From IMG/VR virus record IMGVR_UViG_3300045988_075790: 62,548 bases of DNA; one strand, 5' to 3'. The notes below the pieces were generated by a model that saw nothing but the letters and a program-made list of their open reading frames with translations, had not been told where the DNA came from and did no database searches. Shown here piece by piece: positions 48,190 to 58,502 of this stretch. Position numbers and translations under genes: made by a program. Each line of letters begins with the position of its first letter. Positions within the stretch are counted from its first letter, which is position 1. The stretch comes from a virus.

Positions 48190-50004
48190 GTGGCCAACGA
48201 AAAGAACCTCATGCCTATTGATGAGGTAAACGCGAGAAAAACGCCAGAGGAGAGGTCTGAATCTGCGCGAAAAGCTGGCATCGCCTCTGGAGAAGCAAAA
48301 CGGGCCAAGAAAAACATGAAAGAGCTGGCCCAACAGCTCATGAATGCCCATGTCGGAAAGACTATGGGCGCAAGTCTGGAAGTCTACGGCGTTGCCAAGG
48401 ATGACCAGACGTACAGCGCGGCCATTGTGGCACGATTGATGCAGAAAGCTCTTCTTGATGGAGATACGGCATCAATTCGGCTGCTTGGAGAACTGACAGA
48501 CCAAGTTGGAGCTGGTGCCGCCGGGCAGGAAGATGAGAAAATCTTCACTGTGGAATATATGCCAATCTGTATCCCTGACAATGGACGGGATAAGAGAGAG
48601 GCAGCAACCATCGGCCCGCAAGCTGGCCCGCAAACCATGTTCATGGCCTCGAAAGCCGATATTGTTATTTACGGAGGAGCTGCCGGAGGCGGCAAGACGT
48701 ATGCTCTGCTTCTGGAGGGACTGCGGAACAGGGGCGTAAAGGGATTCGGCGGCGTTATCTTCCGTCACTCCTATACCCAGATAACAGCCCAGGGCGGCCT
48801 TTGGGATGCCAGCCATAAGATTTACGACCTTGTGCCTGATGCGGTGCCGGGTATGACCCCGAAGCTGCATTGGACATTTGGAAGCGGTGCCCGCCTGAAC
48901 TTCGCTCACATCACGAACGATGATGACCTGAAGGGCTGGCAGGGCACAGAAATTTGCTACCTTGGCTTTGACGAGCTGACACATTTCAGCCGCAAACAGT
49001 TCCTCTATATGCTGAGCCGTAACCGCTCTACTTGCGGCATCCGGCCTTATGTTCGAGCCACCTGCAATCCCGATGCGGATAGCTGGGTGGCCGATTTTAT
49101 ATCTTGGTGGATTGACCAAGATACCGGTTATCCCATCCCTGAGCGCAGCGGACAGGTGCGGTATATGTGCGTTCTGAATGACACTATATACTTCGCCGGG
49201 AGCGTGGAAGAGCTGGAAAAAGAGCACGGCGTTACCCCTGAGCAGTGCAAGAGCGTGACTTTTATCGCCTCCCGCCTGCAAGACAACAAAGTGCTGATGG
49301 AGAGCGACCCCGGATATATTGCCAACCTGAATGCCCTTCTGGAAGTTGAACGAGAAAGACTGCTCAACGGCAACTGGAAGATCAAGGCGGCAGCGGGCCT
49401 CTACTTCAAGCGCAGTCAGGTCACCCTGCTGGATGAGCTGCCAAAAGACGTTGTCGCATGGGCGCGTGGCTGGGATTTGGCCGCCACTGCTGAGGACGAG
49501 AACGGAGAGCCTGCCTATACCGCCAGCGTTCTGCTGGGCAAGCGGCGTAATGGTCGCTATATTGTAGCGAACGTCACCAACCAGCGGTTGTCTGCTGATG
49601 ATGTCCGCACCCACATCAAACAGACCGCCCAGATGGATAAGAAAACTCACAAGCGTGTTGTGGAGAGGCTGCCGAAAGACCCCGGACAGGCTGGTAAAGC
49701 ACAGGCCCAGAGCTTTGTGAAGATGCTGGCCGGATTCCCAGTCAAGACCATTGCCGAATCTGGCAGCAAGGAGGTCCGAGCTGAGCCTTTTGCCGCCCAG
49801 TGGCAACATGGCAATGTCGATGTCCTGCTGGCCGACTGGAACGAGATGTACTTCTCGGAGCTGGAGAGCTTCCCTGAATCCAAATTCAAAGATATGGTCG
49901 ATGCAGGCTCTTCCGCTTTTGCTGAGCTGGAGAGCAGCGCGGTGGCTGCCGCGCCCCCTACTTCCGGTGGGCTGCAGAAGGCCAGCTACTGGAAAAACAA
50001 ATAA
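48190..50004 (+). CDS. terL: Terminase large subunit with ~150-aa TerS-like N-terminal extension
   Basis: Walker A 'YGGAAGGGKTYAL' at about residue 165. N-terminus 'RKAGIASGEAKRAKKNMKEL...ARLMQKALLDGDTASIRLLGEL' resembles small-terminase sequences. No separate TerS ORF seen. Confidence 0.85.
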   Translation: MANEKNLMPIDEVNARKTPEERSESARKAGIASGEAKRAKKNMKELAQQLMNAHVGKTMGASLEVYGVAKDDQTYSAAIVARLMQKALLDGDTASIRLLGELTDQVGAGAAGQEDEKIFTVEYMPICIPDNGRDKREAATIGPQAGPQTMFMASKADIVIYGGAAGGGKTYALLLEGLRNRGVKGFGGVIFRHSYTQITAQGGLWDASHKIYDLVPDAVPGMTPKLHWTFGSGARLNFAHITNDDDLKGWQGTEICYLGFDELTHFSRKQFLYMLSRNRSTCGIRPYVRATCNPDADSWVADFISWWIDQDTGYPIPERSGQVRYMCVLNDTIYFAGSVEELEKEHGVTPEQCKSVTFIASRLQDNKVLMESDPGYIANLNALLEVERERLLNGNWKIKAAAGLYFKRSQVTLLDELPKDVVAWARGWDLAATAEDENGEPAYTASVLLGKRRNGRYIVANVTNQRLSADDVRTHIKQTAQMDKKTHKRVVERLPKDPGQAGKAQAQSFVKMLAGFPVKTIAESGSKEVRAEPFAAQWQHGNVDVLLADWNEMYFSELESFPESKFKDMVDAGSSAFAELESSAVAAAPPTSGGLQKASYWKNK

Positions 50005-50025
50005 CAAGAAAGGAGGCGAACCGCT

Positions 50026-51450
50026 ATGAGCAAAGGTTCTGAGGAGCTGGGCCGTGTTGGCCAGCGCAGATACGGCGGTATCTTTTACGAAGAGTTCTTG
50101 CCTGAGCTGCGTGGCCGCAAAGGTGCTGAGGTTTTCACCGAGATGTCCAACAATGACGAAACCGTTGGTGCAATCCTCTTTGCTGTTGAGATGCTCGTGC
50201 GGCAGGCCAGCTGGAATGTGGAGCCGGGCGGCAGCACGGCAAAGGACCGGGAGGCCGCTGAATTCGTGCAGAGCTGTATGGAAGATATGGACATGACGTG
50301 GACTGACACCATCTCCGAAATCCTGTCTTTCCTCACCTATGGCTGGAGCTTGCACGAGATCGTCTATAAACGGCGCATGGGCCGAACGAAGGATAAGCGC
50401 ACCAACTCCAAGTTCTCTGATGGTCTCATCGGCTGGGCCAAGCTGCCCATTCGTTCCCAAGAAACCCTTTACCAGTGGGAGTATGACGACCAAGACAACC
50501 TCACTGGCATGACGCAGATGCCGCCGCCGGATTTTGGCCTGATTACTATTCCCATCGAAAAGTGTCTGCTGTTCCGCACCCGGAGCCGCAAGGACAACCC
50601 TGAGGGCCGCTCTATCCTGCGTACCGCATACCACTCTTGGTATTTTAAGCGGCGTATTCAGGAGATAGAGGGCATCGGCATTGAGCGCGACCTTGCCGGT
50701 CTGCCTGTCATCACCACCCCGGAAGGCATAAACCCTTGGGACACTGATGACCCCGATATGGTAAAACTGCGCACCGGGCTGGAAGGCATGGTGAAGAATG
50801 TTCGCCGGGATGAGAGCGAGGGCGTTGTGCTGCCCTTCGGATACAGCTTTGAGCTGATGAGCACCGGCGGCTCCCGGCAGTTTGATACCAATGCCATCAT
50901 CGAGAGATATGACACCAAAATCAGCCAGACCGTCCTTGCTGACTTTATCCAGCTGGGCCATGAAAAGGTCGGCTCTTTTGCTTTGAGCAGCGACAAGACC
51001 AACCTGTTCGCAATGGCCATTGGTGCTTATCTGGACATCATCTGCGAAGAGTTCAACGCGCACGGTATTCCGGGCCTGATTGACATCAACGGCGAGAAGT
51101 TCTCCGGCATCACGGACTATCCGAAGATGACCCACGGGGACATTCAGGACGTTGACCTCAAAGAGCTGTCCACCTACATCAAAGATATGGTGGGCGTGGG
51201 TGTCCTTATCCCTGACGAGGCTTTGGAGGAGTTTGTACGCCAGACGGGTGGGCTGCCCAAGCGCACCACCGATACCGTGCCTGCTGAGGCAAGGCTGCTG
51301 GATGGCCGCAGGCTCAACCCTGAGCCTGAGCCGCCCAAGACCGCCGCCGGGCAGAGCGATGCTCTGGAGGATGACGAGGCGGCTATCGAGGCCGCAAAAA
51401 AGCGTCTGGGGAGGGTTGCGAATGCTGGTAAGGATTCCGCATCCCGGTGA
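50026..51450 (+). CDS. Portal protein (Mu gp29/DUF935-like)
   Basis: 474 aa after TerL. 'VFTEMSNNDETVGAILFAVEMLVRQASWNVEP' block. Followed by a MuF-like gene. Confidence 0.8.
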   Translation: MSKGSEELGRVGQRRYGGIFYEEFLPELRGRKGAEVFTEMSNNDETVGAILFAVEMLVRQASWNVEPGGSTAKDREAAEFVQSCMEDMDMTWTDTISEILSFLTYGWSLHEIVYKRRMGRTKDKRTNSKFSDGLIGWAKLPIRSQETLYQWEYDDQDNLTGMTQMPPPDFGLITIPIEKCLLFRTRSRKDNPEGRSILRTAYHSWYFKRRIQEIEGIGIERDLAGLPVITTPEGINPWDTDDPDMVKLRTGLEGMVKNVRRDESEGVVLPFGYSFELMSTGGSRQFDTNAIIERYDTKISQTVLADFIQLGHEKVGSFALSSDKTNLFAMAIGAYLDIICEEFNAHGIPGLIDINGEKFSGITDYPKMTHGDIQDVDLKELSTYIKDMVGVGVLIPDEALEEFVRQTGGLPKRTTDTVPAEARLLDGRRLNPEPEPPKTAAGQSDALEDDEAAIEAAKKRLGRVANAGKDSASR

Positions 51451-52399
51451 GGTCTGGAAGGCCCGCCCACGGCGCAGCAAGAAAAAGAGCGCGGTGCTGA
51501 AGAAGCTGGAAAAGTACCTCGTTGACGAGCAGGATGAGCCCATCAAAAAGCTCTGCCGCCTCTGGGATGACCAAAAGCAAGCCCTCTCTTACAAAGAGAT
51601 ACGGCAAGCTGTCCTGAGGGGGGAGCTGGACGAAGATGTGTTCATGGAGTTCACACAGGACTATTCCACGTTCGTTGACAAGGAGTTTTCCGCTGTCTGG
51701 ATGAAAGCTCTTTCGGCTGGAGCTATGGCACAGCCTGCCCTCCTGCAGCTCGATAAATTCTATTTTGAAACTGAGGCCCCCGGCGCAGCGCAATGGATTG
51801 CCAGCCGTGGAGCCTCTTTCGTTACCCGGAGTTCTGAGGTGCAGCGGGAAGCAATACGCGCTCTGCTGGCCCAGAAGATGACCGAGGGACACACCGTTGA
51901 TGAGCTGGCCCGCCTGATTCGCCCATGTATCGGTCTGACTGCACAGCAGTCTGCCGCTACTGTGAGATATTACGAAACCGTGCTGACCTCCATCAAGGAC
52001 AACCACCCCCGAATGAAAGCTGAGGCCGCCCGGACAAAAGCTCTCGAATCTGCCTCCCGGTATGCTGAGAAGGCCCACAAGTACAGAGCTGCCACCATTG
52101 CGCAGACTGAGCTTGCCTTTTCCTTCAACCAAGGCGCAGACCTTGGAATTCGGCAGGCACAGCATGACGGGCTTCTCGGCCCCATGATAAAGGTTTGGTG
52201 CACATCTGGAGATGACGCTGTGTGCGAAACTTGCGAAGCTCTGGACGGTATGGAAATCGGCATGGATGATTCCTTTAGCTATACCGGCAGGCTCTTGTTT
52301 GCCGGGCAGAAAATGCTGCCCCCGGCGCATCCTCGCTGCGGGTGTACTGTTGAATATGTCGAACAGCCAGCCGACTACTGGCAGAAAGGACACCGATGA
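51422..52399 (+). CDS. Head morphogenesis protein (Mu F / SPP1 gp7 family)
   Basis: 'VCETCEALDGMEIGMDDSF...LPPAHPRCGCTVEY' is the C-terminal signature. Internal ATG 51422 avoids a long overlap with portal. Confidence 0.8.
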   Translation: MLVRIPHPGEVWKARPRRSKKKSAVLKKLEKYLVDEQDEPIKKLCRLWDDQKQALSYKEIRQAVLRGELDEDVFMEFTQDYSTFVDKEFSAVWMKALSAGAMAQPALLQLDKFYFETEAPGAAQWIASRGASFVTRSSEVQREAIRALLAQKMTEGHTVDELARLIRPCIGLTAQQSAATVRYYETVLTSIKDNHPRMKAEAARTKALESASRYAEKAHKYRAATIAQTELAFSFNQGADLGIRQAQHDGLLGPMIKVWCTSGDDAVCETCEALDGMEIGMDDSFSYTGRLLFAGQKMLPPAHPRCGCTVEYVEQPADYWQKGHR

Positions 52400-52869
52400 T
52401 TGCATTCAATGACCTTATCGCGGCAACGCCGCCCCCTGATACGCCCACCGCTGAAGGCGGCGTGAAGAAAAAGCACGGCCTCCGCATTGCAAAAAGCGAT
52501 GACGAGCGGATGCTGGCTTTTGGCTGGGCGAGCGTGGCCATCCGCGTGGATGGCGAGCAGATTGAGGACTGGCAGGAAGATATGATCGACCCGGCAGACC
52601 TCGAAAATGCTGCCTACCGTTTCGTGGAGCTGTACCGTGAAGGCGGCGAGATGCACGAGCGAGGAGATGTTGCCGTGCTGGTGGAAAGCTGCGTTTTTAC
52701 CGAAGAAAAGCAGAAGGCTCTGGGCCTCGAACCTGGCACCCTGCCTGTCGGATGGTGGATAGGCTTCCATGTGACCGACCGCGATGTGTGGGAGAAGGTC
52801 AAGAGCGGCGAGTACACCATGTTCTCCATTGAGGGAGAAGCTGAGCGCGTGGAAGTCGAACAGCAATGA
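52396..52869 (+). CDS. XkdF-like putative prohead protease
   Basis: 'LAFGWASV...DWQEDMIDPADLENAAYRFV...MHERGDVAVLVES...GWWIGFHVTDRDVWEKVKSGEYTMFSIEG' matches the XkdF-family pattern. Confidence 0.65.
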   Translation: MIAFNDLIAATPPPDTPTAEGGVKKKHGLRIAKSDDERMLAFGWASVAIRVDGEQIEDWQEDMIDPADLENAAYRFVELYREGGEMHERGDVAVLVESCVFTEEKQKALGLEPGTLPVGWWIGFHVTDRDVWEKVKSGEYTMFSIEGEAERVEVEQQ

Positions 52870-52930
52870 TAATTCCAGCCGAGGGTGAAAGCTCCCGGCT
52901 GTAATTATATTCACCCTGATAGAAAGGAGG

Positions 52931-54154
52931 ATGAACGTGGCAACAAAACTGAAGCATCTGAAAGTCACGAATGTTGACTTTGTAGATGAGGGCGCAAACC
53001 CGGACGCTTTTATCAAGCTCTTCAAACGGAAAGATGATGCTGCTGAACCCGGTGCCGGAGCTGATAGCTCTGAGGGCACTGGATTCTTCAAGCGGCTTTC
53101 TTCTGGCCTTGTGAAGATGTTTGGCGTGGCGCAGGAGCCGGTAAGTGCTGAGCAGGATGTGCAGAAAAACTCTGTCGGGTTTACCGAGGCATACGGCGAG
53201 ATGAAAAACCGCCGGGTGTGCGATGAGGTCTGGGATGTATGCTTTGCACTCAATCAGTCTATCTGTTCCATCCTGAACGATAACGAGCTGGATGGGGATG
53301 CGACCAAAACCGCGATGTTGGAAAGCCTTGACGAGTTCAATGCGGCCGCAAAGAACTTTGCAGAGCAGTGGTCCGCTGGCAAGGTAGCCAATGTCGTGCT
53401 GAAGAATATCCCTGTGGATGATGCAACCGTTGCTCTTGCAAAGGCTGCTGTGGATGCCATCAACGAACAGATTGAGAAGCACAATCACTCTGGGGATACC
53501 CCCGTATCCAAGGACACTGCGGCCAAAAACAACGGCGATGAGCCGGAAGGAGACGATACCATGAAAATCGACAAGTCCAAGATGACCCCTGCAGAGCTGG
53601 CGTTTTTCGAGTCTATCGAGAAGCGTTACGGCTCTGATGAGGGCCAGACCCCGCCCGCGGCGGCCCCTGCCGCCCCTGCTGCTCCTGCTCATGATGTGGC
53701 AAAGAGCCTGACCACTCCCGCTGCACCGGCAGCTCCTGCAGCCCCCGCATACGCCCAGCTTGACCCTGCTGTGAAGGCTGAGCTGGATTCTCTGCGCAAG
53801 TTCCGCGAGGATTCTCTCGACCGTGAGCTGCGTGAGGTTGCCAAGAAGTACGCCATCATTGGCAAGAAGGAAGATGAGCTTTTCCCTGTCCTGAAGTCCA
53901 TGAAGGCTGCCGGCGGCACTGTCTATAACGACTATCTGGCCGTTCTGGACGAGGCCGTGAACATGGCCAACACCTCTGCTGTCTTCTCTGAGGTCGGCAA
54001 GCATGGCAATGGCTCTGCCCCTGATGCTTGGACGCGCGCCGAGGCGAAGGCTGTGGAGCTGATGAAGTCCAAGAATGTCACCAAGGCTCAGGCTCTGGAC
54101 GAAGTTCTTGTGAACGACCCCACCCTGCGTGCTGAGTGTGAGAAGGAGGGCTAA
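52931..54154 (+). CDS. Scaffolding protein
   Basis: 407 aa, acidic and helical, with PAAAPAAPAAPA repeats. Lies between the protease and capsid genes. Alternative GTG start at 52937. Confidence 0.6.
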   Translation: MNVATKLKHLKVTNVDFVDEGANPDAFIKLFKRKDDAAEPGAGADSSEGTGFFKRLSSGLVKMFGVAQEPVSAEQDVQKNSVGFTEAYGEMKNRRVCDEVWDVCFALNQSICSILNDNELDGDATKTAMLESLDEFNAAAKNFAEQWSAGKVANVVLKNIPVDDATVALAKAAVDAINEQIEKHNHSGDTPVSKDTAAKNNGDEPEGDDTMKIDKSKMTPAELAFFESIEKRYGSDEGQTPPAAAPAAPAAPAHDVAKSLTTPAAPAAPAAPAYAQLDPAVKAELDSLRKFREDSLDRELREVAKKYAIIGKKEDELFPVLKSMKAAGGTVYNDYLAVLDEAVNMANTSAVFSEVGKHGNGSAPDAWTRAEAKAVELMKSKNVTKAQALDEVLVNDPTLRAECEKEG

Positions 54155-54157
54155 AAC

Positions 54158-54565
54158 ATGGCAGACGTTACTTTTATCGGCTCTACCATCAATGAGAGCG
54201 CAACCGTGACCTTCAAGGCGAAGGAGAAGCTGGAAGGCGTTCAGGGCATTGCTCTGGCCCTGAGCGAAGGCAAGCTGGACCTGCCCACCGCTGGCGCAAA
54301 TGTGCTGGGCCTGTCTCTGTTTACCAATGATGCTGCCGCTGATGCTGGCAGTTCCCTGACTATTCAGGTCAAGGACATTGGCAAGTGGATTGCTGGCGGC
54401 ACTATTGCTGCCGGTGATGAGCTGGCCACGGATGCCGCTGGCAAGGCTGTGAAGGCTACTGACGGCCAGTTCATCGTGGGCATTGCTCTGTCTGCTGCCG
54501 CAGCTGCTGGCACGGTTGTTTCTGTTCAGCTCACCAAGTCCGGCTACAAGCCCGAGGCTTCCTGA
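54158..54565 (+). CDS. Head decoration protein (DUF2190-like)
   Basis: 135 aa, Ala/Gly-rich, immediately upstream of the major capsid gene. Confidence 0.55.
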   Translation: MADVTFIGSTINESATVTFKAKEKLEGVQGIALALSEGKLDLPTAGANVLGLSLFTNDAAADAGSSLTIQVKDIGKWIAGGTIAAGDELATDAAGKAVKATDGQFIVGIALSAAAAAGTVVSVQLTKSGYKPEAS

Positions 54566-54589
54566 CCGGAGAAAGAGAGGTAAAACCTT

Positions 54590-55621
54590 ATGAGAGACAA
54601 TATGAACAATGCTGCCGGCATCATGGCTGCTATTGCAAAGGGCTGGAAGCCGAACCGCTACCTGTCCAACATGAGCATGGCAGCCTTTGCCGACCCCAAA
54701 GACTACGTTGCAACCAAGATTTTCCCGATGTGCCCTGTGAGTACCACTACGGGCTTCTACTACGAGTTCCTGAAGGGCGACATCTCCCGCGACAATGTGC
54801 AGCGCAAGCCTGCCTTTGGCAAGGTGCAGCCTGCCAAGCGCGGCCACACTGATAAGACCTACAAGTGCGAGGTCGATCAGATTCTGGTTGGCGTGGATGA
54901 GATCGGCGCACTGGACTACTCCCGCTCTGGTGCTCCTGCCTCTATCGACCCGCGCCGCTCCAGCACCCGCTTTGTCAACGAGCAGATGCTGCTGCACCTC
55001 GACCTCCTGTTTGCCGAGAACTTCTTCAAGACCGGCGTGTGGGACAATGAGTTCACTGGCATTTCCTCTGGCGTCCCCGGTGCAAAGCAGTTCCTGAAGT
55101 TCACCGATGCCAACTTCGACCCGGTGCACTTCTTTGATGAGCGCAAGCGCGAGATCCGTCTGGCTGGCCGCCGCACCCCGAACAAGCTGTGCCTCGGCTA
55201 CGATACGTATCTGGGCCTGAAGGCTCACCCCGACATTCTGGAGCGCGTGAAGTACGGCGGCTCCACTCCGAACCCTGCTACCGTCAACGAGAACGTGCTG
55301 GCGCAGCTGCTGGGCTTCAACGAGGTCCATGTCCTGATGGCCACCCACAACAAGGCTGATGAGGGCCAGCCTGATGATATGGACTTCATCTGCGAGAGCG
55401 ATGGCGCACTGATGTGCTATGTCACCGACCACCCGCAGCTGGATGAGCCTTCCGCAGGCTACACCTTCACTTGGGATATGCTGGGCAATGGCAACTACAT
55501 GGCCATCAGCACTTTCGAGGGCGACCCCGCAACCCATGCTGAGTTTGTCGAGGGCCTGCTGTCTACTGATATGCGCAAGACCTCTGACGACCTTGCCTGC
55601 TATCTGTCCAAGTGCGTGTAA
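54590..55621 (+). CDS. Major capsid protein (lambda gpE-like family)
   Basis: 343 aa. 'YVATKIFPMCPVSTTTGFYYEFLKGD' is an N-terminal block typical of the 'major capsid protein E' family. Position supports the call. Confidence 0.8.
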   Translation: MRDNMNNAAGIMAAIAKGWKPNRYLSNMSMAAFADPKDYVATKIFPMCPVSTTTGFYYEFLKGDISRDNVQRKPAFGKVQPAKRGHTDKTYKCEVDQILVGVDEIGALDYSRSGAPASIDPRRSSTRFVNEQMLLHLDLLFAENFFKTGVWDNEFTGISSGVPGAKQFLKFTDANFDPVHFFDERKREIRLAGRRTPNKLCLGYDTYLGLKAHPDILERVKYGGSTPNPATVNENVLAQLLGFNEVHVLMATHNKADEGQPDDMDFICESDGALMCYVTDHPQLDEPSAGYTFTWDMLGNGNYMAISTFEGDPATHAEFVEGLLSTDMRKTSDDLACYLSKCV

Positions 55622-55634
55622 CGGAGGTGCCGAC

Positions 55635-56093
55635 ATGAGCTATATCTGCCGGAAAACTCTTTCTCTGGGTGGCGTAACCTACCAGCCCGGTGATGCAATC
55701 CCTGATGGTGCTGTGCTGCCCTCCCGTGTGCGCTCTCTGACTTCCTGCGGCTATATCGTGGAGCAGACCGATGAGCCTGCTGCTGGAGCTGCTGCACCCG
55801 CCGGGGAAAACTCCGGCAGCGTGCTCTACGTTCCCATCAAGGGCGATGATGATTTGGCTGTTCCCATCCCTGTGGATGGTGCAGCCTTTATTTTTGCCCT
55901 CCAGCAGTCCACGGCTGACGAGGCTGCTGCCATGGTGCAGGATGTTGAGGACGAGAATGTTCTTATCCTTATCCACGCCACGGACAGCCGCAAAAGCGTC
56001 CGCGCAGCGGCAAAGGCTCGCGCGGCTGCCCTGCATCCCTCTGAAGATGCAAATGGCGGCTCTGCGGCCTCCCACCCGCCTGACAAGGCATGA
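55635..56093 (+). CDS. Hypothetical head-associated protein
   Basis: 152 aa. Internal ATG 55635 of the track ORF. Confidence 0.5.
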   Translation: MSYICRKTLSLGGVTYQPGDAIPDGAVLPSRVRSLTSCGYIVEQTDEPAAGAAAPAGENSGSVLYVPIKGDDDLAVPIPVDGAAFIFALQQSTADEAAAMVQDVEDENVLILIHATDSRKSVRAAAKARAAALHPSEDANGGSAASHPPDKA

Positions 56094-56116
56094 TGAGCTG
56101 ACAAGGAGCGCACTGT

Positions 56117-56545
56117 ATGGCAAAAAGCTACAATTACGACCCCTCTGCCATTGCTGAGTATGGCAAGGACAGGATGCGGTTTGAGCTGGGCGATACTGCC
56201 ACAGAGGGAGGCCCTGACACCACGGCCCTGACCGATGAGGAAATTGAGGCCGCCATCTCTGCTTACCCGAAATCGTGGAAAAGGGCCAAACTGATGCTGC
56301 TGGAAAGTCTGGCGCACCGTTTCAGCTATGAGGTGAACACCAAGACCGGCCCGCTGACGTTGTACCTCCAAGAGCGAGCGAAGCTCTGGAAAGAGATGTA
56401 CAAAGACCTCAAAAAAGAGGTGTCTCTGGGTGCAGCGTCCGTTCCGCAGCCGCCTGACTGCTGCAAGAAGCCGCCGTACTTCTACACCGGCATGATGGAG
56501 AATGACCGCACCGGGAACGTCTGGAGGCACAGACACCATGATTAA
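56117..56545 (+). CDS. Head-tail connector candidate
   Basis: 142 aa. Called on position only. Confidence 0.45.
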   Translation: MAKSYNYDPSAIAEYGKDRMRFELGDTATEGGPDTTALTDEEIEAAISAYPKSWKRAKLMLLESLAHRFSYEVNTKTGPLTLYLQERAKLWKEMYKDLKKEVSLGAASVPQPPDCCKKPPYFYTGMMENDRTGNVWRHRHHD

Positions 56546-56888
56546 CGCACGGTTTATGTACCTGAGGCCCGGAAACCTCCCGAAATCCTTTGTCATAGAG
56601 CGCGGTAAGGGCGGCTTGAAAAATGGTCGCCCGACTGTGCAGTATGACGGGGACGGAACGGAGTTCCTGAAAGGCTTCCTGACAACGGCTACGGAGGCCG
56701 ACAGGGCGCATGGAACTGCTGACCATATTGTTACTCACATCATTGTGCAGAGCGGTGGCCAGCAGGCCGAGAGGACGGACAGGCTCATCCTTGGTGACAG
56801 GCTTTTCTACATCGTGGATATTGACCCGGCCTGTTCTCTTGGCATAGCCACCATCTACTATGCAGAGGAAAGGACGGACGTAAAATGA
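56538..56888 (+). CDS. Head-tail adaptor / head closure protein candidate
   Basis: 116 aa. 'DRLILGDRLFYIVDID' resembles adaptor-family ends. Confidence 0.5.
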   Translation: MINARFMYLRPGNLPKSFVIERGKGGLKNGRPTVQYDGDGTEFLKGFLTTATEADRAHGTADHIVTHIIVQSGGQQAERTDRLILGDRLFYIVDIDPACSLGIATIYYAEERTDVK

Positions 56889-57322
56889 CCGCCCCGAAGA
56901 AAGCTCCCGGCAAGCTGAAGATTGCCGTTGACGAAACGGTGCAGAAGCTCAATCAGGAAGTGGCCTCAAGGGGTGTCCGTGCCACGAATGCCCTCCGTAA
57001 TGCTGAGCTGGAAGTGCTGAGAGGTCAGCGTTCTGGCCGTGTATATCGCAAGCCTCACAGCAAAGCTCGGTATACGGCATCTGCCCCCGGTGAACCTCCT
57101 GCCCGCCGGACTGGTATGCTGCGAACGAACTGGAACGGCACTGTCGAAAGTGCCTCTTCTGGTTCCGGCATCCGCGTTTCTGCCGTTCTGGAAAGTCAGG
57201 AGAAGTATTCTGTATATCTCGAAAATGGCACTCGCCACATGGCGGCCCGCCCGTTCCAGCAGGAAATCGTGGACAAGGCCGCCCCTGAGATAAAGCGGAT
57301 TTACAGCGAGAAATATGAGTAA
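56885..57322 (+). CDS. HK97 gp10-family neck protein
   Basis: 'YSVYLENGTRHMAARPF' is the gp10-family signature. Confidence 0.7.
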   Translation: MTAPKKAPGKLKIAVDETVQKLNQEVASRGVRATNALRNAELEVLRGQRSGRVYRKPHSKARYTASAPGEPPARRTGMLRTNWNGTVESASSGSGIRVSAVLESQEKYSVYLENGTRHMAARPFQQEIVDKAAPEIKRIYSEKYE

Positions 57323-57336
57323 AATGGAGGAAGCCG

Positions 57337-57621
57337 ATGGAGCTTATCATCAAAGAAACCCGCGCCCGGTTCGATACTGAGGCCGTAAAGATGGGCTACG
57401 CCCTCTATGCGAAACACGCCTCTTGGGAGAAGGGCCGCACCGGTGTCGTTACTGCTGTAACTGATACCACCATCATTGCTATGTTCCACCCCGGCATTGG
57501 GAATGTCATCAACCACTTTGCCATCCCTGTTTCCGAGGTGGAGCGCGGCGAGTGGGACGTTCGCTGGTCTGCTGACCTGTCCGAGGTGAACGAACTGAAA
57601 GCTGCGGAGGTCAAACAATGA
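57337..57621 (+). CDS. Hypothetical neck/tail protein
   Basis: 94 aa. Confidence 0.5.
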   Translation: MELIIKETRARFDTEAVKMGYALYAKHASWEKGRTGVVTAVTDTTIIAMFHPGIGNVINHFAIPVSEVERGEWDVRWSADLSEVNELKAAEVKQ

Positions 57622-58490
57622 ATCTTGAAGAGCTGATTTACAAGCGGCTGTCTGAGGCCAAAAACCTCACCAAATACCTTACACGGTACGCCGGGCAGCC
57701 TGCTATCTTCACTCCTGAAGCACCGGGAGACCGGGAATCCGGATGGGGCCGCGCCACGCAGTACCCGCGGGCTGTGTTCAATTTTGATATGCAGGCCGAT
57801 GGGGAGCGCAAGAGTGCTGGCACTCTTTCTGTGGCCCTGATTTGCCGGAACGATTCTGAGGCGGTGCCTGAGCTTATCGAACCGGCTGTCAAGAAGGCCC
57901 TGAAAGATGTCCTGCTCAAGGATGACAACGGCACTCTGTACGCCTTTGCATGGGCGCGGACTGAGGGCTTCTCGATGACCGAAGAGAAGAACGAACTTCT
58001 CATTGGCTCTGAAATCCGCTTCGACATCATGGAGTATCCGCTGCAAGAAACGACCGACCCTGACCCCATTATGGCAATGGCCCGGTATATCAAAAATCTG
58101 TACCCGGACAGCATTGTTGTGGGAGTTGACCACATGGCAGATGAAACCGAGGCTTCCAAAGAAGCCCCGGTATTTTATTGCCGCTTGACCGAAATCGAGA
58201 AGCTGGAGGAAACCAACAACTGCGTCTGGACGAACGGGAAGATTGCAATCTCCCTGCTCTGCCCTGATAGCTCCACCCGGCTGAAAATGGCCGCTGCTGT
58301 TTTCAACAGCCTCTCCCTCGATGGCGAAGTCACTATGCTGGATGATTCCCCGATGTTCATGGAGAGGCTGACTGCAAACCTCAAATCCGACTACCTGAAG
58401 GACGGACAGATTTTCGTCACCGGGCGATATGGTCTGCTCCGCTACAAGGCGGTCGGCTACCCGCTTAGACACCCCAATATCAATTACTAG
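57618..58490 (+). CDS. Tail completion/terminator-like protein (DUF3168-like N-terminus, tentative)
   Basis: 290 aa upstream of the sheath gene. Confidence 0.45.
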   Translation: MNLEELIYKRLSEAKNLTKYLTRYAGQPAIFTPEAPGDRESGWGRATQYPRAVFNFDMQADGERKSAGTLSVALICRNDSEAVPELIEPAVKKALKDVLLKDDNGTLYAFAWARTEGFSMTEEKNELLIGSEIRFDIMEYPLQETTDPDPIMAMARYIKNLYPDSIVVGVDHMADETEASKEAPVFYCRLTEIEKLEETNNCVWTNGKIAISLLCPDSSTRLKMAAAVFNSLSLDGEVTMLDDSPMFMERLTANLKSDYLKDGQIFVTGRYGLLRYKAVGYPLRHPNINY

Positions 58491-58502
58491 GAGGTATGAC
58501 CT

